From an uncultured Oscillospiraceae bacterium (GTDB lineage: Bacteria; Bacillota; Clostridia; RUG12999): 64,000 nt of DNA. The stretch's first letter is position 1. Each line of letters starts with the position of its first letter. Of the stretch, positions 59,975 to 64,000 are shown piece by piece. The stretch covers positions 22 to 64,021 of the forward strand of contig CAYQKW010000004.1 of NCBI GenBank assembly GCA_964418245.1. Reading direction: 5' to 3'. Under the pieces are notes generated by a model, which saw only the letters and a list, made by a program, of their open reading frames with translations, was not told where the DNA came from and searched no databases. Both the position numbers and the translations under genes were made by a program.

Positions 59975-61204
59975 TTAATTGGCGCCTCTTGAAGATGTAT
60001 CTTCAAGCAATGTTACATCAAAAGTTTTTGTTTCGCCGTTTCTGTTTACTTCGATTTTAAGTATTTCTCCGGCTTTGTGTTTATCGCGGATTTCGTTGAT
60101 TTCTTTTACCGATTCAACAATTTTTCCGTCAACAGATGTAATCATATCGCCTTTTTGTATACCGGCTTTTTCTGCTGCTCCGCCTTCGGCAACATAAGCA
60201 ACATAAAGCCCTGACGGCATATCGTTTATTGCCGCAACATCGGGAGAAATTTCTCGTATGGATATACCGATGAGCGGTCTGCCTTTTACATATCCATCTT
60301 TCATAAGGTCCGAAACTATCGGTTTTGCAGTATTTATCGGAATTGCAAATCCAATTCCTTCAACGTTGTTTCCTGAGAACTTCATTGAGTTTATGCCGAT
60401 GACTTCGCCGTATGCATTCACAAGCGCACCGCCCGAATTACCGGGGTTGATTGCCGCATCCGTTTGGATAAGTGCCATGGACGTTCCGTCGTCAGAGGTT
60501 TCGATTGTACGATTAACGGCACTAACAACGCCGACGGTTACCGTGCCGGCAAGTTCCTGACCGAGAGGATTGCCTATAGCAACGGCAAGTTCGCCAACCT
60601 GACATTCGTCAGAATCGCCGAGTGTTGCAACAGGGAGTTCGGTTGCTTCTATTTTCACAACCGCAAGGTCTGTTTTTGGGTCTGTGCCGACAACCTTTGC
60701 ATCATATTCTTTACCGGTGTTTAAAACCACTTTAATGCTTTTTGCACCGTCTATTACGTGATTGTTTGTTACGACATATCCGTCTGCCGTGATTATTATA
60801 CCCGAACCGGAACTTGCCGATTCAATTGCCTGACCGAAAAACGAATATCCAACCGATTTACAGCTTATGCCTACAACGGACGGAGCAACATTTGCCGCAA
60901 TTTCAACCGTTGTCATTGCTTTTCTGTCGCCGGTTGCCATTTTTTCAAATCCGTATGCGCCGTCTTTGCTTCCGACCGAAACAATTCTGTTCACCGATGC
61001 TGTTTTAAGCGGACTTCCGTTCACAAGAACATATCCGGTTGTTGCAACACTTGAAAGCATTATTGCGGCACAAAGCCCGATACCGATTTTTTTCATAACT
61101 TTGTGTTTTTTCTTGTTTTTAACCGTTTCTGTGTAAAACGGCTGCGAAGTCAAGTCCTTCGTTTCTTCTTCATTATACCATTTGTAATCGTTAAAATCCG
61201 ACAT
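59975..61204 (-). CDS. htrA: HtrA/DegP-family serine protease (trypsin-like + PDZ)
   Basis: TM anchor, catalytic region GSGIIITADGYVVTNNHV...GNSGGALVN, C-terminal PDZ. Start MSDFND with SD GGAGGCG. Confidence 0.8.
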   Translation of the reverse strand: MSDFNDYKWYNEEETKDLTSQPFYTETVKNKKKHKVMKKIGIGLCAAIMLSSVATTGYVLVNGSPLKTASVNRIVSVGSKDGAYGFEKMATGDRKAMTTVEIAANVAPSVVGISCKSVGYSFFGQAIESASSGSGIIITADGYVVTNNHVIDGAKSIKVVLNTGKEYDAKVVGTDPKTDLAVVKIEATELPVATLGDSDECQVGELAVAIGNPLGQELAGTVTVGVVSAVNRTIETSDDGTSMALIQTDAAINPGNSGGALVNAYGEVIGINSMKFSGNNVEGIGFAIPINTAKPIVSDLMKDGYVKGRPLIGISIREISPDVAAINDMPSGLYVAYVAEGGAAEKAGIQKGDMITSVDGKIVESVKEINEIRDKHKAGEILKIEVNRNGETKTFDVTLLEDTSSRGAN

Positions 61205-61340
61205 ATTTAACGCCTCCGTATATCTTATCTTTTTTTCTATGCTTTTATTATACAACATAAATTTGAATAAAATGTGAACGAATTATTAAAAATTTTTAAA
61301 TTTATCAATAGTTTTGATTTTAAAAATCCGTGCGAAAACA

Positions 61341-61369
61341 TTGACATATCGGCTTTGTTATGGTATAAT
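61341..61369 (+). promoter_or_regulatory. consensus sigma-A promoter driving the azlCD leader
   Basis: Perfect TTGACA - 17 nt - TATAAT. Confidence 0.65.
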
Positions 61370-61645
61370 AAATGCAGAAAGAATTGCAAAAGCAATTCTT
61401 TACGGACTAACGTCCTTACTGTGCTTCGCACAGCTGCATCATTGACGGCTTCGTAAAAATGCCATTGCAAGCAAGCATTTTTACTTCATGGAAAAATAAA
61501 TGCAGAAAGAATTGCAAAAGCAATTCTTTACGGACTAACGTCCTTACTGTGCTTCGCACAGCTGCATCATTGACGGCTTCGTAAAAATGCCCTTACAAGC
61601 AAGCATTTTTACTTCATGGAAAAATAAATGCAGAAAGAATTGCTT
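61367..61645 (+). repeat. 129-bp tandem direct repeat (2.2 copies) forming the azlCD 5' leader
   Basis: Units at 61367-61495 and 61496-61624 differ at 2 positions; a partial third copy runs 61625-61645. Each unit has a perfect 24-bp palindrome AAAGAATTGCAAAAGCAATTCTTT, two further hairpins and a 12-codon uORF (MQKELQKQFFTD). Confidence 0.8.
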
Positions 61646-61694
61646 TTTGCAACTTATTTTACATAATATAAACAAAATTCAAAGGAACATAAAT

Positions 61695-62390
61695 ATGACA
61701 GATTTCAGAAAAGGTATAATAAGAGGATTGCCCATAGGGCTTGGATATTTTCCGGTATCGTTCACTTTCGGTCTCATGGTGACGTCAAACAGGCTTCCGG
61801 CATGGTTTGCTGTGATTCTCTCTTTAACAAATTTAACGTCTGCCGGGCAGTTTGCCGGCACACAGCTCATTCTCGGCAAGGCGGCACTTGCAGAAATTGC
61901 ACTTGCCACTTTCATAATAAATATACGATATATGCTCATGTCGCTTTCGCTTACGCAAAAGCTTGAAAAAGGTGTTTCAACACGCCAGCGGCTCTTGTTC
62001 GGCTTTGGTGTGACAGACGAAACATTTGCCGTTGCCGCTTGTGAACCGCGCGCATTGTCGGCAAAATATATGTATGGGCTTATAACAATGCCGATTATCG
62101 GTTGGACTTTGGGAACGGCTCTCGGTGCTGTATGCACCGCCTTTCTTCCGCCGGCTGTCGGTGCGGCGATGGAAATCGCGCTTTATGCAATGTTTATAGC
62201 CATAATAATCCCACCGGCAAAAAAATCCAAACCTGTGTTTATATGCATTCTCATTGCCGTTGCAATTTCGTGTATGTTCAGATACATCCGCATTTTCGAT
62301 TTTATCTCGGACGGATTTAAAATAATAATCACAACGCTTATTGCGGCGTGTGCGGCGGCACTGCTGTTTCCGCATACAGAGGAGGAATAA
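61695..62390 (+). CDS. azlC: AzlC-family branched-chain amino acid permease subunit
   Basis: 231-aa polytopic AzlC-like protein. Confidence 0.75.
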   Translation: MTDFRKGIIRGLPIGLGYFPVSFTFGLMVTSNRLPAWFAVILSLTNLTSAGQFAGTQLILGKAALAEIALATFIINIRYMLMSLSLTQKLEKGVSTRQRLLFGFGVTDETFAVAACEPRALSAKYMYGLITMPIIGWTLGTALGAVCTAFLPPAVGAAMEIALYAMFIAIIIPPAKKSKPVFICILIAVAISCMFRYIRIFDFISDGFKIIITTLIAACAAALLFPHTEEE

Positions 62391-62392
62391 AC

Positions 62393-62695
62393 ATGGCATA
62401 TTTAATTTCGGGCATTGTGGTTATGGCACTTGTAACATATATTCCGCGTGTACTGCCGCTTGTCATTTTCAGAAAAGAAATAAAAAGCAAGTTTTTGAAA
62501 TCGGTATTGTTTTATATACCGTATGCGGTGCTTGGCGCACTCACGTTTCCGTCGATTTTTTACGTTACAAAAGACAGCTTTACGGCGGCGGCGGCAACGA
62601 TTGTTTCAATAATCCTTGCATATTTTGAGCAAAGTCTTGTTGTTGTTGCGGTTGCGGCAATTTTGACGGCATATTTATGCGGAATGATTATATAA
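62393..62695 (+). CDS. azlD: AzlD-family branched-chain amino acid transport protein
   Basis: 100-aa hydrophobic AzlD-like protein. SD GAGGAGG. Starts 2 nt after the azlC stop. Confidence 0.7.
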   Translation: MAYLISGIVVMALVTYIPRVLPLVIFRKEIKSKFLKSVLFYIPYAVLGALTFPSIFYVTKDSFTAAAATIVSIILAYFEQSLVVVAVAAILTAYLCGMII

Positions 62696-62746
62696 TACCG
62701 AATTAACTTATTAAATTCATGGTTGAATTAAAGACAGGGGAGAATT

Positions 62747-63913
62747 ATGATGGACGAAGTTGTACTTATAAAAGTCGGAGAAATGATTTTGAAAGGGCAT
62801 AACCGAAAAAATTTTGAAGAAAAATTATTGAACAATATACGTGACGCTTTAAAAAACAAAGGTAACTACAAGGTATGGAAAGCACAGGCAACTTTTTACA
62901 TTCAGCCGCTTGACGAAACGGCGCGTATGTCGGAAGCTGTTGAATGTGCAAAAAAATTATTTGGCATAACAAAAATATGTCCGGCGTATATTGCACAAAA
63001 AAACATGGAAAATATTTATTCGGTAATAGCGAAAAGGCTTGCTCCCGTGCTTGAAAAAGCACACACTTTCAAAGCCGAAGCAAAACGCGCAGACAAGTCG
63101 TTTCCACTGAAATCACCTGAAATTGCCGCAGAAACCGGCGGTTTTATATTAAGCAAGTTCAAAAATCTTAAAGTTGATGTAAACAACCCGGATTTGGTTG
63201 TGAATGTGGATATTCGTGAGGATAACGCTTTTGTGTATTGCGAACGCATAGACGGTGCCGGCGGTTTGCCGACCGGAATGTCGGGCAAATGTTCATTGCT
63301 TTTGTCCGGAGGGATAGATTCGCCCGTTGCCGGGTGGCTTATGGCGAAAAGGGGCGTTAATCTTGAAGCAATAAACTTTTTCAGCTATCCCTACACATCT
63401 CAGCGTGCCAAAGAAAAGGTTATTGCATTGAAAGAAATTCTTGAACAATACGCAGGCGGAATACCGCTGCATATTGTGCCGTTTACCGATATTCAAATGG
63501 AAATAAAAGACAAATGCCCGGCAAGTCAGCTTACTATAATAATGCGCAGATTCATGAACAGAATTGCACAGGAGATTGCATTGAAAAACGGTTCTTCCGC
63601 ACTTGTTACGGGCGAAAGTCTTGCGCAAGTGGCAAGTCAAACTCTTCAAAGCATGGTGGTTACGAACGAAGTTGCAAAAATACCTGTTTTGCGTCCGCTC
63701 GTGGGTCTTGATAAAATAGAAATTATAAATTATGCAAGAAAAATCGGTACGTATGATACGTCTATTCTGCCGTATGAAGATTGCTGCACGATATTTGTGC
63801 CGAAAAATCCCGATTTAAAACCAAAGCTTGACAAAATAAAAGAATCCGAAAGCAAGATTGACGTTGAAGGTCTTGTTAAAGCGGCAGTTGAGGGAACAGA
63901 GACCATTGGATAA
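62747..63913 (+). CDS. thiI: tRNA 4-thiouridine(8) synthase
   Basis: THUMP domain plus PP-loop SGGIDSPVA. Confidence 0.85.
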   Translation: MMDEVVLIKVGEMILKGHNRKNFEEKLLNNIRDALKNKGNYKVWKAQATFYIQPLDETARMSEAVECAKKLFGITKICPAYIAQKNMENIYSVIAKRLAPVLEKAHTFKAEAKRADKSFPLKSPEIAAETGGFILSKFKNLKVDVNNPDLVVNVDIREDNAFVYCERIDGAGGLPTGMSGKCSLLLSGGIDSPVAGWLMAKRGVNLEAINFFSYPYTSQRAKEKVIALKEILEQYAGGIPLHIVPFTDIQMEIKDKCPASQLTIIMRRFMNRIAQEIALKNGSSALVTGESLAQVASQTLQSMVVTNEVAKIPVLRPLVGLDKIEIINYARKIGTYDTSILPYEDCCTIFVPKNPDLKPKLDKIKESESKIDVEGLVKAAVEGTETIG

Positions 63914-64000
63914 TTATGTATATATTTTAAAGTGTTCCGACGGCACACTTTACACCGGCTGGACAAACAATTTAAAACGGCGCATTGCCGCACATAACGC
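63906..64000 (+). CDS. GIY-YIG nuclease-family protein (UPF0213/YhbQ-like), 5' partial at window edge
   Basis: In-frame ...[28 protein letters not shown] matches the GIY-YIG signature. Start codon uncertain (possible TTG at 63906). Confidence 0.45.
   Translation, partial: MDNYVYILKCSDGTLYTGWTNNLKRRIAAHN

Noticed and set aside
61367-61645. The 129-bp repeats considered as a CRISPR array, T-box or tandem glycine riboswitch.
   Set aside because: The units are far longer than CRISPR repeats and directly abut each other with no spacers. There is no T-box AGGGUGGNACCGCG sequence and no glycine-riboswitch core. They are kept as an unclassified tandem leader repeat.

Overview
The window looks like chromosomal DNA from a low-GC, spore-forming Firmicute (Clostridia-like), because it carries sigH, a SpoIID-like gene and SLH-domain S-layer proteins. 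About 60 genes are present, mostly on the minus strand. Housekeeping genes include coaX, birA, ttcA, dtd, rnj, feoAB, ybaK, rlmD, nadE, ung, dapA, asd, htrA, azlCD and thiI. Metabolic and envelope loci are: (i) a cell-envelope glycan O-acetylation locus (MBOAT plus two DHHW proteins plus a GT-C-like membrane protein) next to a 957-aa SLH protein; (ii) an xpt / BMP-lipoprotein / nucleoside-ABC salvage operon interrupted by an AT-rich Type II R-M cassette with its own promoter; (iii) a xylan/uronate catabolic cluster (two intracellular GH10-like paralogs, enolase-superfamily ManD, SDR, MBL, RraA-like, AraC); (iv) a GH2 / ROK / AraC / DegV / GH29 sugar region. The most unusual feature is a compact, promoter-to-hairpin four-gene cassette at 20958-22952. 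It encodes an HPr-kinase-like protein, a PqqD-family RiPP recognition element, a soluble S26 signal-peptidase-like protein with a His at the general-base position, and a tightly coupled 56-aa ORF that is absent from the ORF track. It has no lasso cyclase, B2 protease, radical-SAM enzyme or exporter nearby, so it is a candidate undescribed peptide-phosphorylation/maturation system. Other observations are a near-absence of GATC across the whole window (only 4 seen by eye), a 129-bp tandemly duplicated structured leader with perfect 24-bp palindromes and uORFs upstream of azlCD, a recurrent 3'-end hairpin motif GGGCGGATA..ATCYGCCC, homopolymer-associated frameshifts in adjacent GH2 and ROK genes, and a possible QueG-like/NUDIX fusion.
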